Below are positions 34,797 to 44,103 of a stretch of 52,136 nucleotides of DNA, in pieces (the first letter of the stretch is position 1; the number at the start of each line of letters is the position of its first letter). The position numbers and the translations under genes were made by a program. The notes under the pieces were generated by a model that worked only from the letters and a program-made list of their open reading frames with translations, did no database searches and was not told where the DNA came from. The stretch is from the NCBI GenBank assembly GCA_022824545.1, contig JAJDZR010000271.1:1-52136 (forward strand), written 5' to 3'. Origin of the DNA: Chloroflexota bacterium (GTDB taxonomy: Bacteria > Chloroflexota > UBA11872 > UBA12225 > JAJDUF01).

Positions 34797-35645
34797 ATGA
34801 GCAACAGGCCAACTCACCGAGGTCGGATGCCGCTACGGCCGGGCGCTTCGACGCTCTTTGCCGCGCACGGTCAGCCGCTCACCCCGGCGCTGCTCGACCT
34901 CATGCAGCAGTTGGGCTTGGTGGCTATCGAGATTGCGGACTACCACCCCAACTTCGACTACACCGATGGCAAGCTGCTCGACCGGATGCGGGGATGGATG
35001 GAGAGCCGCGGCTTGGCGCTCAACTCTATCCATGCCCACTTCGAGCAGCGCCAGCCCGGCAGCGATTTGGCCGACCCGGGCGCGGCCCAACGGCGAGAAT
35101 CGGTGGCGCTGTACCGCAGCGGGCTGGCTGGGCTGGCGCGGCTCGGCGGCGACATCCTCGTGACTCACCACATCGCCATTCCAGAGCCGGATCAGGAGCC
35201 GGAAGCGTATGCGCGGCGCCGCGACGCCTTTGTGACCAGCCTGGGCGATCTGGCGGCTACCGCGACGGACCTAGGCGTGCGGCTGGCTATCGAGAACGTC
35301 CCCTCAGGCTGGCGATCCGACGTGCGGAACTTGATGGCGCTGATTGAGGATGCCGGGGCTTTCCCGGCGGTAGGTGTGTGCTTGGATACCGGGCACCGCC
35401 ACCTCGGGGGCGACAATCCGATGGCGATTCGGACCCTCGGCTCGTACCTGATTACCCTGCACATCCATGACAATCATGGTGAGCGGGACGAGCACATCAT
35501 GCCGTTGGACGGCACGATCAATTGGGTCCCGGTGGTTGCGGCGCTGCGGGAGATCGAGTATCCCGGAGTCTTCATGTATGAGATTGGCGCGATGGCCAAT
35601 CCGCAAGACATCCCGGCGAACTACCGCACATTGATGGCTGGGTAG
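34797..35645 (+). CDS. Sugar phosphate isomerase/epimerase (xylose isomerase-like TIM barrel)
   Basis: LAIENVP, CLDTGH, LHIHDN. The start is uncertain (34797 or a downstream ATG). Confidence 0.8.
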   Translation: MSNRPTHRGRMPLRPGASTLFAAHGQPLTPALLDLMQQLGLVAIEIADYHPNFDYTDGKLLDRMRGWMESRGLALNSIHAHFEQRQPGSDLADPGAAQRRESVALYRSGLAGLARLGGDILVTHHIAIPEPDQEPEAYARRRDAFVTSLGDLAATATDLGVRLAIENVPSGWRSDVRNLMALIEDAGAFPAVGVCLDTGHRHLGGDNPMAIRTLGSYLITLHIHDNHGERDEHIMPLDGTINWVPVVAALREIEYPGVFMYEIGAMANPQDIPANYRTLMAG

Positions 35646-35665
35646 AGGGACAGGAGGCGAACGAT

Positions 35666-36658
35666 ATGGGAGCACCATTTCGACTAGGACTCATCGGCGC
35701 CGGCCGGCAGGGACGCCACCTGTCTTCGGCGGCCCTGGCCCTTGGGGACTGCGAGCTGGTGGCCTGCGCGGACCCGGACAGCGCCGTCGCCGGCCAGACG
35801 CAGCGCGACTTCGGCTACCAGCACACCTATCGCGATCATGAGACGCTCCTCGCGGAGGCAGCGGTAGACGGCGTGCTTGTCGCCACGCCACACAACCTCC
35901 TGGCATCGGTATCGCACGCGGTGATCGCGGCCGGGCGACACGTTTTTATCGAAAAGCCGGTTGGCGTCAACGCCGGCGAGGTCCAGGGGGTCGTTGCCGC
36001 TGCTGAGGCTGCCGGCGTGACCCTGATGGCCGGATACTGCCTGCGCTATACGCCGGTGCGGCTGCTGATGAAGGAGCTGATTGACGACGGCGCTATCGGT
36101 GACATCGTGTTCATCAGCGCCGGCAAAGGTGGCGCGCCGTTGAGCGGCTGGCTGGCCGATCCGCAGGCCGGCGGTGGGCAGCTACTCTTCTTGGGCAGCC
36201 ACGTGAGCGATCAGCTGCTGTGGATTGTCGGGCAGCCGGCGACGCAGGTGTATAGCACGATGCGTTACCGGCCGGGGACGGACGTTGATGTTACCTCGGC
36301 CTTCATGCTCACCTTTGCCAACGGCGTGACGGCCCAGGTGACCTGCTCGCATGAAGTGAGCCAGCCCTATGACTTCGTGGAGGTGTACGGCACTCGCGGT
36401 CGGGTGCGTGCGGACTGGCCGCTCAACACGGTGGTCGTGCAGTCGGACGTGGTTGCTGCCTACCGGGAGCCGACGGCTATCCAACACACCGGCGATCCGT
36501 TCGACCCGATGTACATCGCCGAGGTACGGGAGTTCGTCGCGGCTGCGCGGGCCGGCCGGCCGGCTGCGATCCCCGGCGCGGCAGCGGTCGCCGTGTCGGC
36601 GATCCTCGATGCCGTCAAAGAGTCGCATCGGCGCGGTGAGGCGGTGACGTTGTCGTAA
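35666..36658 (+). CDS. Gfo/Idh/MocA family oxidoreductase
   Basis: FRLGLIGAGRQG, FIEKPV. SD aggagg. Confidence 0.85.
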   Translation: MGAPFRLGLIGAGRQGRHLSSAALALGDCELVACADPDSAVAGQTQRDFGYQHTYRDHETLLAEAAVDGVLVATPHNLLASVSHAVIAAGRHVFIEKPVGVNAGEVQGVVAAAEAAGVTLMAGYCLRYTPVRLLMKELIDDGAIGDIVFISAGKGGAPLSGWLADPQAGGGQLLFLGSHVSDQLLWIVGQPATQVYSTMRYRPGTDVDVTSAFMLTFANGVTAQVTCSHEVSQPYDFVEVYGTRGRVRADWPLNTVVVQSDVVAAYREPTAIQHTGDPFDPMYIAEVREFVAAARAGRPAAIPGAAAVAVSAILDAVKESHRRGEAVTLS

Positions 36659-36689
36659 GGGTGGGCCTCGGGGGGCTGTTGCCTGGCCT

Positions 36690-36820
36690 GGCCCCCTCCC
36701 TCGCCCTCCCCCGTCCCGACGGGGGAGGGGATAGACGGTGCTGACTCCCTGGCCCGTGGCCATTGCAACGGGGAGGGAACCCGCCGTCCCCCCGCCGCAG
36801 CGGGGGGACCATAGGGGGGC
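36690..36820. repeat. Cluster of three GC-rich palindromic elements
   Basis: Perfect 12-bp-arm palindrome ccctcccccgtc/gacgggggaggg (36704-36729); tccct...aggga hairpin (36745-36778); gtccccccgccgcagcggggggaccatagggggg (36787-36817). Confidence 0.65.
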
Positions 36821-36857
36821 CAGCCGCCCAGCAGTAGAGCGGATACCAGGGTGTCCT

Positions 36858-37691
36858 ATGGCGGGAGAGTTGCAGCGCCCGATTATCGGCTATGGCCGCA
36901 CGGCGGACATCTATCGCTGGTCCGCTACCGAGGTACTGAAGCTCTACCATGCAGACCGGCCACCCGACTTGGTGGATCGCGAATGGCACAGCGCCCAACG
37001 GGTCCAGGCCCTGGGACTGCCGGTGCCTGCCGTCGTCGGGCAGCGCCGGGTAGACGGGCGGCGCGGCCTCATTTACCGGTACATGGCGGGGCCAACGATG
37101 CTGCAGCAGTTCGGCAAGACGCCGTGGCGGGTGCTCGGTTTGACCCGCCGGTTTGCCGAGCTACACGCTGCCATTCATCAGCATACGGTCGCAGACTTGC
37201 CCTCCCAGCGCGAGCACTACGCTGACCTGATCCGGCAGACAACAGCCATATCGAATACAACGAGTGCGGCGGCCTTGGCAGTGCTCGAATCGCTGCCCGA
37301 CGGCACGCAGCTATGCCACGGCGATTTCCACCCGGACCAGATTATCCTGACCCCTCAGGGACCGGTGATTATTGACTGGCTGACGGCGTGCCGCGGCAAT
37401 CCTCTCGCCGACGTGGCCCTGACGGCATTGATTCTGGAGGTCGGGAACCCACCGGCCGGCCGGATCAGCGGCCTCCTCGTGAGGCCGGCCCGTAGCATTG
37501 CCCGGTCGCGGTATCTGCACTGGTATGCCACTATTACGGGGGCAGATCGGGAACAGCTTGCGGCCTGGCAGCTACCCATCGCCGTCGTCCGCCTCAGCGG
37601 GAACTTCCCGGGCGAGGCCGCGCGCTTGCTGTCCCTGATCGGCAAACTGGAAGCGCAGCACGCGGTCTATACGAGGAGGAAGGGCAGATGA
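36858..37691 (+). CDS. Phosphotransferase family protein (APH/choline-kinase-like)
   Basis: LCHGDFHPDQIIL (Brenner-type HxDxxxxN region) and IIDWL. The track ORF from 36738 reads through the repeat cluster. Confidence 0.75.
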   Translation: MAGELQRPIIGYGRTADIYRWSATEVLKLYHADRPPDLVDREWHSAQRVQALGLPVPAVVGQRRVDGRRGLIYRYMAGPTMLQQFGKTPWRVLGLTRRFAELHAAIHQHTVADLPSQREHYADLIRQTTAISNTTSAAALAVLESLPDGTQLCHGDFHPDQIILTPQGPVIIDWLTACRGNPLADVALTALILEVGNPPAGRISGLLVRPARSIARSRYLHWYATITGADREQLAAWQLPIAVVRLSGNFPGEAARLLSLIGKLEAQHAVYTRRKGR

Positions 37692-39007
37692 GCAACGTGC
37701 CGATGACCCGGCCGGAGGAGCTGTTGGCCCTCCACGAGACGCCATATTTTCATTCCTCGACCTTCACCGAGCTTGACGACGGTCGCATTCTCCATGCGGC
37801 GGGCACGACTTTCACCACGTCGGACGATGGCGGTATCACCTGGTCGGAGCCGTTCGAGCGTCGCGATACCGACGGCGCTCCCGTCGGCGGGAGCGGGACC
37901 TCGCTCGTGCGGCTGTCGGGCCGCGGCGTGGGCCTGCTATCGCTGCGGCAGGACGCGGAGGAGTCCCGGCGCGGCATTCACCACCTGGTCTTCTGGCGCT
38001 CACCGGACGGCGGCGAGACTTGGGAGCCTCCGGTGCAGGTGACCCCGCCCGGTCTCCCGGCGCACGCCTACCAGGACGTGCTGCTCCGCACGTCGTCGGG
38101 CCGCATCATCGTGCCGGTCTACGGGACGCTCGGTCAGCGGGCCGGTCCGGGCGACGTGCGGCCGCCCTTCTCCGGCAAGCTGATCGGTGGGCAGTGGGTT
38201 TCGACGGCAGCGCACTTCTTCGATCCGCGGTTCTCGTTTGTCTACGTCTGCTACTCCGACGACGACGGCCGCACGTGGCGGCGCAACGGGGACGGCGAAC
38301 TGATCATCCTCCACGACTGGAATGCGACCTACAGCTACGTCAACGAGCCGAGCGTGGCCGAGGTCAGCCCCGGCCGCCTGCTGATGGTGATGCGGACCGG
38401 GCTGGGCCGGCTGTTCCAGTCCTGGTCGGAGGACAATGGCGAGACTTGGTCGCGGCCGGCGCCGACATCGCTCGCCGCGACGACCACGCCGGCGCAGATT
38501 CGCTCGATCCCTGCGACCGGGCACCTGCTCATCGTCTGGAACCAGGAGACGGAGGATGAGGTCAAACGCGGCTACAACCGGACGCGCATCTCGGCGGCGA
38601 TCAGTCGGAATGGGGGCAGCGTCTGGGAGTTCTTCCAGAACGTCGAGTCCATCCATGAGACGACGCGCGTCGAGCCAGGACCGATCCAACCCGTGCGGCC
38701 GGCCGAGTACTATTTCATGCCGGGCGTGGCGGCGCCGGAGCGGGAGGTCGAATATATCACCGAAGACGCCAGCTACGGCCGCTGGTCGTATCCGTCGGTG
38801 TTCGTCGGCCGGGACCGCGTGCTCATCGCGCACAGCTATACCACGATGGACGAGCATCCTACGCGCGCCGAGTTGATTGATAGCAAGTCCAAGCCGGGCG
38901 GCTTCAGCCAGAAGCTCAAGGTACTCCCGCTCACCTGGTTCTACGGTGGCAAGGAGCCGGCCGACAATCCGTTCATACCGCGCGCGGAAGAGCCGGCGAC
39001 GCCGTAG
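37688..39007 (+). CDS. BNR/Asp-box repeat protein (sialidase-like beta-propeller), no signal peptide seen
   Basis: Five Asp-boxes: SDDGGITW, SPDGGETW, SDDDGRTW, SEDNGETW, SRNGGSVW. ATGA overlap with the upstream gene. Confidence 0.8.
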   Translation: MSNVPMTRPEELLALHETPYFHSSTFTELDDGRILHAAGTTFTTSDDGGITWSEPFERRDTDGAPVGGSGTSLVRLSGRGVGLLSLRQDAEESRRGIHHLVFWRSPDGGETWEPPVQVTPPGLPAHAYQDVLLRTSSGRIIVPVYGTLGQRAGPGDVRPPFSGKLIGGQWVSTAAHFFDPRFSFVYVCYSDDDGRTWRRNGDGELIILHDWNATYSYVNEPSVAEVSPGRLLMVMRTGLGRLFQSWSEDNGETWSRPAPTSLAATTTPAQIRSIPATGHLLIVWNQETEDEVKRGYNRTRISAAISRNGGSVWEFFQNVESIHETTRVEPGPIQPVRPAEYYFMPGVAAPEREVEYITEDASYGRWSYPSVFVGRDRVLIAHSYTTMDEHPTRAELIDSKSKPGGFSQKLKVLPLTWFYGGKEPADNPFIPRAEEPATP

Positions 39008-39041
39008 CCGGTCTGGCCTAGCCGGATGAAGTAGCTGACCT

Positions 39042-40730
39042 ATGGTGAAAATGAGCGGAGGCGAAGCCCTCGTGAAGTCCCTCGTCAGGGAAGGCGTGGA
39101 GGTCGTATTCGGGATTCCAGGGGTACAGCTGTACGGGATCATCGCCGCGCTACGGGATGAGCCGGGCATCCGCATGGTCACGACCCGCCACGAGCAGGCC
39201 GCGGCATACATGGCCGACGGTTATGCTCGTGCATCAGGAAAACCGGGAGTAGCGCTGGTGGTGCCGGGCACGGGGCTGTACAACGCTGCCGCCGGCCTAG
39301 CCACGGCCTACGCCCGCTCCTCGCCCGTGCTCCTCATTGCCGGCCAGGTCCCGCGCGGCCTGATTGGCAAGAACCTCGGCCCCCCTCACGAGATTTCGGA
39401 CCAGCCGGATGTGGTGCGCCCCGTGACCAAGTGGCGGCGGCGGGCGCTCAGGCCGCGGGAGATACCGGAAGCGGTGTTCGAGGCGTTCAGACAGCTACGT
39501 ACCGGCCGGCCGCGTCCCGTGCTGATCGAGGTCCCGCCCGAGGCTGGGGTGGAGCGGGAGGAAGTCGAGCTGCGGAATCCGGCTCCGGTCTCGCGCATTG
39601 TGCCCAGCCCGGAGCAGCTGCGGGATGTCGCCCGTGTCATTGCCCAATCGCACCTGCCCCTGATCTACGCCGGCGGCGGCGTGGCGCGCTCAGACGCAGA
39701 ATCGGCCCTGGTCAAACTGGCTGAAGCGACAAACATCCCGGTAATCACGTCCAGCGGCGGCAAGGGCACCATGCCGGACAGCCATCCGCTGTGTTACGGC
39801 TCCTGTTTCAGCCCGCGGGGCGAGCGGCAGGAGATGAACCAGTTGTATGAAGTGATGGAATCTGCCGACGTCGTGATCGGAATCGGCACCCGTTTTTCGC
39901 TGGGCAATCCGGCCGGCGAGGCGTCCACGTTGGTAAACATCAACATAGACGACACCGAGCTGACAAGAGTCCAATCCAACACCATCCCCCTGCATGGCGA
40001 CGCCAGAGCGACCATTGAGGCTCTGCTGCCCTACCTTATCGAGGCCGGGGTGGGCGAGCGCCCATCGCCCGTCGAAGCGGTCAGCGCGGCACGGCGCCTG
40101 ATTGCCTACTACGACATCAGGCTCAAGGAGCCGCAGTACCCGATTCTGGAGACAATCCAGCACAGCATCCCGGAGGACGCTTTCATCGTCTGGGATGTCA
40201 CGCAGTTCGGCTACTACGCCCGCACTCACTACCAGGTTAAGCACCCCAAGACGTACATAGATTCCGGCTATTCGTTCAACCTTGGCTATTCATTTCCGAC
40301 CGCGCTGGGCGTGAAGGTGGCGAAACCCGACCGCCCCGTGGTATGCATGGTCGGAGACGGCGGGTTCATGTTCAACGCAGTTGAGCTTTCCACGGCGGTC
40401 AAGTACGGGATCAATGTCACGACCGTCGTCTTCAGGAACGACGCCTACGGCAACGTTGCCAATGACCTGAACGAGGTGTTTGACGGAGCTTACGAGACCG
40501 ACCTGCACAACCCGGACTTTGTCAAGTTCGCCGAGTCATTCGGCGCAGTCGGCCTACGGGCCGACGACCCCATGGACCTGGGAACGCTGATCCCGCTTGC
40601 GCTGGAGCGCCAGGCACCGGTGCTCATTGACGTACCCTTCGGAGATATGCCCATACCACGCGCCCCGCAGATGGCGCCTTACTATGCGCTGCCCTGGACC
40701 ATGCCCCAGGAAGGGCTGATCGAGTCCTGA
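39042..40730 (+). CDS. Thiamine diphosphate-dependent enzyme (acetolactate synthase large-subunit-like)
   Basis: GGEALVKSLVREGVEVVFGIPG, HEQAAAYMADGYAR, GDGGFMFN ThDP motif. Confidence 0.9.
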   Translation: MVKMSGGEALVKSLVREGVEVVFGIPGVQLYGIIAALRDEPGIRMVTTRHEQAAAYMADGYARASGKPGVALVVPGTGLYNAAAGLATAYARSSPVLLIAGQVPRGLIGKNLGPPHEISDQPDVVRPVTKWRRRALRPREIPEAVFEAFRQLRTGRPRPVLIEVPPEAGVEREEVELRNPAPVSRIVPSPEQLRDVARVIAQSHLPLIYAGGGVARSDAESALVKLAEATNIPVITSSGGKGTMPDSHPLCYGSCFSPRGERQEMNQLYEVMESADVVIGIGTRFSLGNPAGEASTLVNINIDDTELTRVQSNTIPLHGDARATIEALLPYLIEAGVGERPSPVEAVSAARRLIAYYDIRLKEPQYPILETIQHSIPEDAFIVWDVTQFGYYARTHYQVKHPKTYIDSGYSFNLGYSFPTALGVKVAKPDRPVVCMVGDGGFMFNAVELSTAVKYGINVTTVVFRNDAYGNVANDLNEVFDGAYETDLHNPDFVKFAESFGAVGLRADDPMDLGTLIPLALERQAPVLIDVPFGDMPIPRAPQMAPYYALPWTMPQEGLIES

Positions 40731-40761
40731 GACGCTGCGTCCCTGCCCTTATGTCTGTGGA

Positions 40762-41247
40762 TTAGGATGGCGTCGCGTCGCCGGCGCGGACGGCGCGGAG
40801 GGCCGTGGCGATGCCTGCCGTGTCCAGGACCATCTCGGAGATGCCGACCTCCTGGGCATACACCTCCGGTGGGACCTGCGTGGCAATCTCCGGCTCGGTG
40901 ATGTGATACACCGGCAGACCCAGGGCCGTGCCGGCCAGCGCGCCGGCCCACGCCGGGTCGCCCTCGGTTACCGTCAGGCCATAGACCTGACTGCTTTCCG
41001 CGTTCGGGGTCCCGAGGAGCACCACCACCTCGTCGCGGCCTACGTCGTCAACGACCCGCTTGATGTTCTGTTGACCATCCAGGTCAAGCGCTCCGGCGGA
41101 CGTTCAGACGAAACAGTAGGTGTCCTCCAGCACCACGTCCGCCCCGGCGCCGCGGGCACAGGCGGCGATGGCCGGGCCGGGCACACCGTCGCGCTCACCG
41201 AGCGCCACTACCTTCTTCCCCGTCAACGCAACCTCGCTTGTTGCCAT
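40762..41247 (-). CDS. grdA: Glycine/sarcosine/betaine reductase complex selenoprotein A; in-frame UGA (Sec) at 41104-41106
   Basis: From the ATG at 41247 (SD AGGAGGAAGG): [61 protein letters not shown], joining the track ORF 40762-41028 in frame. The CxxU motif is as in GrdA. Confidence 0.9.
41057..41090 (-). promoter_or_regulatory. Candidate SECIS stem-loop downstream of the grdA UGA
   Basis: mRNA CGCUUGA CCUGGAUGGUCAACAGAACA UCAAGCG, or an inner UUGACC-UGGAU-GGUCAA hairpin, beginning about 14-19 nt after the UGA. Confidence 0.35.
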
Positions 41248-41280
41248 GTCACCTTCCTCCTGCGCCGTATTGTGAGCAGA

Positions 41281-42741
41281 CTACGTTCTACGTTCAAGTA
41301 CGAAAGAGAGGCCGTCGGCCATCTGGGTCATGCGGCCGAGAAACAAGCTCCCCTTAGCTAGGAACATCACCCGCTGTAGCGTCCCCGCAGTCATACCGGC
41401 GATGGCGTGACCGAGGTATGGCACGGCTGAGGCAATGTGCCCTTGGGTCGGCGCGAAGCCCGGCATTCCGTGTGCTTCCACAAAGTCGGGGATGGCCTCC
41501 CGTTGCAGCTCGCCGTTGACTGTCGCCAAGGCGCCGATCAGCCGATAGTTGAGCAGGGGCACATTCCCACTGCCGGCCGGCTCGGTAATCTCCGGGTCGT
41601 GTAGCTCGGTCGCGTAGCGGTCAATCGCATCGAAGCGCCAGCCGAGCCGCTGCAACGGTTCAGCGACCAGTGCTTGGAAGATGGCCTGCTGGGACGCGCC
41701 GGCACTCACCGGATGCTTGCCGACGCTATCGAGACGCAAAACCGGGCTATGCCCATCGTCGGCGCCAACGAGGATAGCAACGCCGGCGAGTACATCCTCT
41801 AGGATCGGCTGATCGTGCTTCAGATGCCCCAAGAACTTCATGCCCAGCTTTGCCAGCGAGCAGCCGCCGACAACGGCTACCTCGCGGAACAGGCCCGACG
41901 CCACCAGCCCGGCCGCGATGACGAGCGCATGGACCGGACCGCAGCAGAACGCCTTCACGTCGGCGCCAGTGGCCTGCAGGCAGCCGGATAGCTCGCCGAC
42001 GGCTTTGGCCAAGTTGCCGCCGCCACGCTGATAGCGGTCACCGACGGCCTCCTCGCCGCAGTTAATCAGGTACTCCACCTGATCCGCCGGTACCGGGCCG
42101 GCGTGCAAAAGTGCGCGCAAGGCCAGCACGGCCGTTGCCTTGCAGGTGAGGTTTTCCAGCAGTACGTCTGCCGAGAGTGAGGTGTCCTGGTCGTGATCGC
42201 TGCGGATGCAGCCCACCAAGCGTCCGTCACCCAAGATCAGCGGTAGTGCCGACTCGGATTGCTCGATGCGCGACAAGGGCCGCCCGGTGCCGAGGCGGTC
42301 GAGATCGTCCGGCGTGATGAGGGGGTGCTGACCGAGGATGGTCCGGACCTCCTCGGTGAACTCCTCGGAGAGGGTCACGAGGTTGAAGTCGTCGGCGACC
42401 TTGAGGAAGCCGTAGAACGGCGTTTCATCCAGTAGCTCACCGAACGGGCCACGGAAAGACCGGTCCGGGCCAACGGGCGGCGCCTCGGCCTGTGAACACC
42501 ACCACGGCCGCTCCAGCGCCCACAAGTCCTCGGGCCGGCGAGCGCCGAGAAAGACTTGATGCGGTGGATAGGCCGCGGCCTCGTCGAACGAGCGCAGCCG
42601 CGCCCCCAGCTGCTCACGCAGCGCCGCGTCTCCCGGCAACTCGCGCACGGGCTTGGAGCCGTACTGCACCAGGCCGGGCACGTGCGCCAGCGTATAGCGC
42701 ACGTCTTTGATGACTACTCGGTTCGTGGTCAGTTCTGACAT
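41281..42741 (-). CDS. grdC: Glycine/sarcosine/betaine reductase complex component C, beta subunit-like
   Basis: VIKDVRYTLAHVPG..., LRSFDEAAAYPPHQVFLG, INCGEEAVGDRYQRGGGNLAKA resemble GrdC. Sits between grdE and grdA. Confidence 0.7.
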   Translation of the reverse strand: MSELTTNRVVIKDVRYTLAHVPGLVQYGSKPVRELPGDAALREQLGARLRSFDEAAAYPPHQVFLGARRPEDLWALERPWWCSQAEAPPVGPDRSFRGPFGELLDETPFYGFLKVADDFNLVTLSEEFTEEVRTILGQHPLITPDDLDRLGTGRPLSRIEQSESALPLILGDGRLVGCIRSDHDQDTSLSADVLLENLTCKATAVLALRALLHAGPVPADQVEYLINCGEEAVGDRYQRGGGNLAKAVGELSGCLQATGADVKAFCCGPVHALVIAAGLVASGLFREVAVVGGCSLAKLGMKFLGHLKHDQPILEDVLAGVAILVGADDGHSPVLRLDSVGKHPVSAGASQQAIFQALVAEPLQRLGWRFDAIDRYATELHDPEITEPAGSGNVPLLNYRLIGALATVNGELQREAIPDFVEAHGMPGFAPTQGHIASAVPYLGHAIAGMTAGTLQRVMFLAKGSLFLGRMTQMADGLSFVLERRT

Positions 42742-42813
42742 CGCGTTCAGTCGGCAGCGAGGCAGCGCCGGGCCGGGGATAGGTCTTCCCGGTCCTGCAG
42801 CGCCGCTCGCTGC

Positions 42814-44103
42814 TCACGCCTCCAGGCCACTGTAGCGGTTGAAGCCGTAATGGTCGTCGTAGCGGCGGGGCGGCTCCAAGGGGCCGGCGGTGGGAACCTG
42901 CTGATCGCGCAAGCGGCCGATGACCCGCCGGTCCGAGCCGATGACCCGCTCCACGGGCGGCAGGGATTTGAGGTCGGTGAGGTCGTTGTAGATGAAGCCG
43001 GTGCTGACGATGGCATCGGCCTCCGGGAGCGGCTCCAGCAAGGTCGGCACGCCGCCGGCAGAGGAGTCTTCGCCGGTCATGAACACCGTCTTGATCCCGA
43101 GCTGCTCGCACGCCTGCACGGTGCGAATCACCTCGATGAACTCGTTGCCGCCGGCGTCCCACGTGACCAAGGCGCCCTGCGCGTCCAGCATACGGGCCAT
43201 CTTGGCCGCCTGGTTGGCCATCAACTGCTTCTCGTGCTGGGTCGTCCACTCGGTCCGGAAGGCGATCACGCCGAGGAAGTTGAGGTCTACGCCGTGTCGC
43301 CGGTAGAGTTCGCGGAGCACCGGATTATTCATCACGGTCCAGGACATGGCAAACGGCGACCGATAGGGGCCGGTGACTGCCCCGTCGAGCACTTCGTTCG
43401 GATGTAGCAGCCAAGGGGGCGTCAGGTGCGTCAGGCCGTAGGTGGCGGTACACCAGGTCGTGGGCGAGCCGGACATCGCCTGCGGTGAGTGCAGGCACCA
43501 GATGTAGACGACGCGGGGCAGCGCCGGGTCCACCGGCGGTAGCTCGTAGACCTCTTGCTCCGACGGCTCCAGGTCCTTGGTGGTTGCTGCCAGCCGATCT
43601 GCGACAGTCAGCACGGCAGCGTGTACCGCTTCGTTCTTGGCGTCGTTGCCGAGTGCCGGGTCCGGCTCGACGACCACGCAGAGATTCAGTAGCGATGCGA
43701 TGGGGAGGCGGTCGGCCCACGGGCCGGACATGTCAATGAAGACCTCGACGAAATCGCCGCCGGCCTCGTGCCAGTTCACCTCCGACACTTCGGCAACGCC
43801 CATGCCGGTGAGCCGGTGCGTGCGTCCCTCGCCGACAGTCTCGATGGGCCGACCGCAGACCCCAGGGTAGGCCACGCCGGCGCCCGCAACCTTGATGCGC
43901 GGCTCGACAACATCGCGCAGCGGCCAGATGCGGACCGATTCGCCCGGCCGCGCCAGCTCCAGGTCCACCGTAGCGATGCGTGGATCGGCCCGCACCGCGG
44001 CGAGCAGCTCATCGCGATTCACTTCCAGCAGCCCATCAGACCAGCGCGTGTGGGCGCCGAATTTGATGTCATGCACCGCGAAGGTTCCTAGCTCAAGACG
44101 CAT
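42814..44103 (-). CDS. grdE: Glycine/sarcosine/betaine reductase component B alpha/beta proprotein homologue (GrdE/GrdG/GrdI family)
   Basis: MRLELGTFAVHDIKFG...VDLELARPGESVRIWPLRDVVEPRIKV matches the GrdE N-terminus. SD GGAGGTG. The ATG at 44103 overlaps the grdB 3' end by 11 nt. Confidence 0.8.
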   Translation of the reverse strand: MRLELGTFAVHDIKFGAHTRWSDGLLEVNRDELLAAVRADPRIATVDLELARPGESVRIWPLRDVVEPRIKVAGAGVAYPGVCGRPIETVGEGRTHRLTGMGVAEVSEVNWHEAGGDFVEVFIDMSGPWADRLPIASLLNLCVVVEPDPALGNDAKNEAVHAAVLTVADRLAATTKDLEPSEQEVYELPPVDPALPRVVYIWCLHSPQAMSGSPTTWCTATYGLTHLTPPWLLHPNEVLDGAVTGPYRSPFAMSWTVMNNPVLRELYRRHGVDLNFLGVIAFRTEWTTQHEKQLMANQAAKMARMLDAQGALVTWDAGGNEFIEVIRTVQACEQLGIKTVFMTGEDSSAGGVPTLLEPLPEADAIVSTGFIYNDLTDLKSLPPVERVIGSDRRVIGRLRDQQVPTAGPLEPPRRYDDHYGFNRYSGLEA

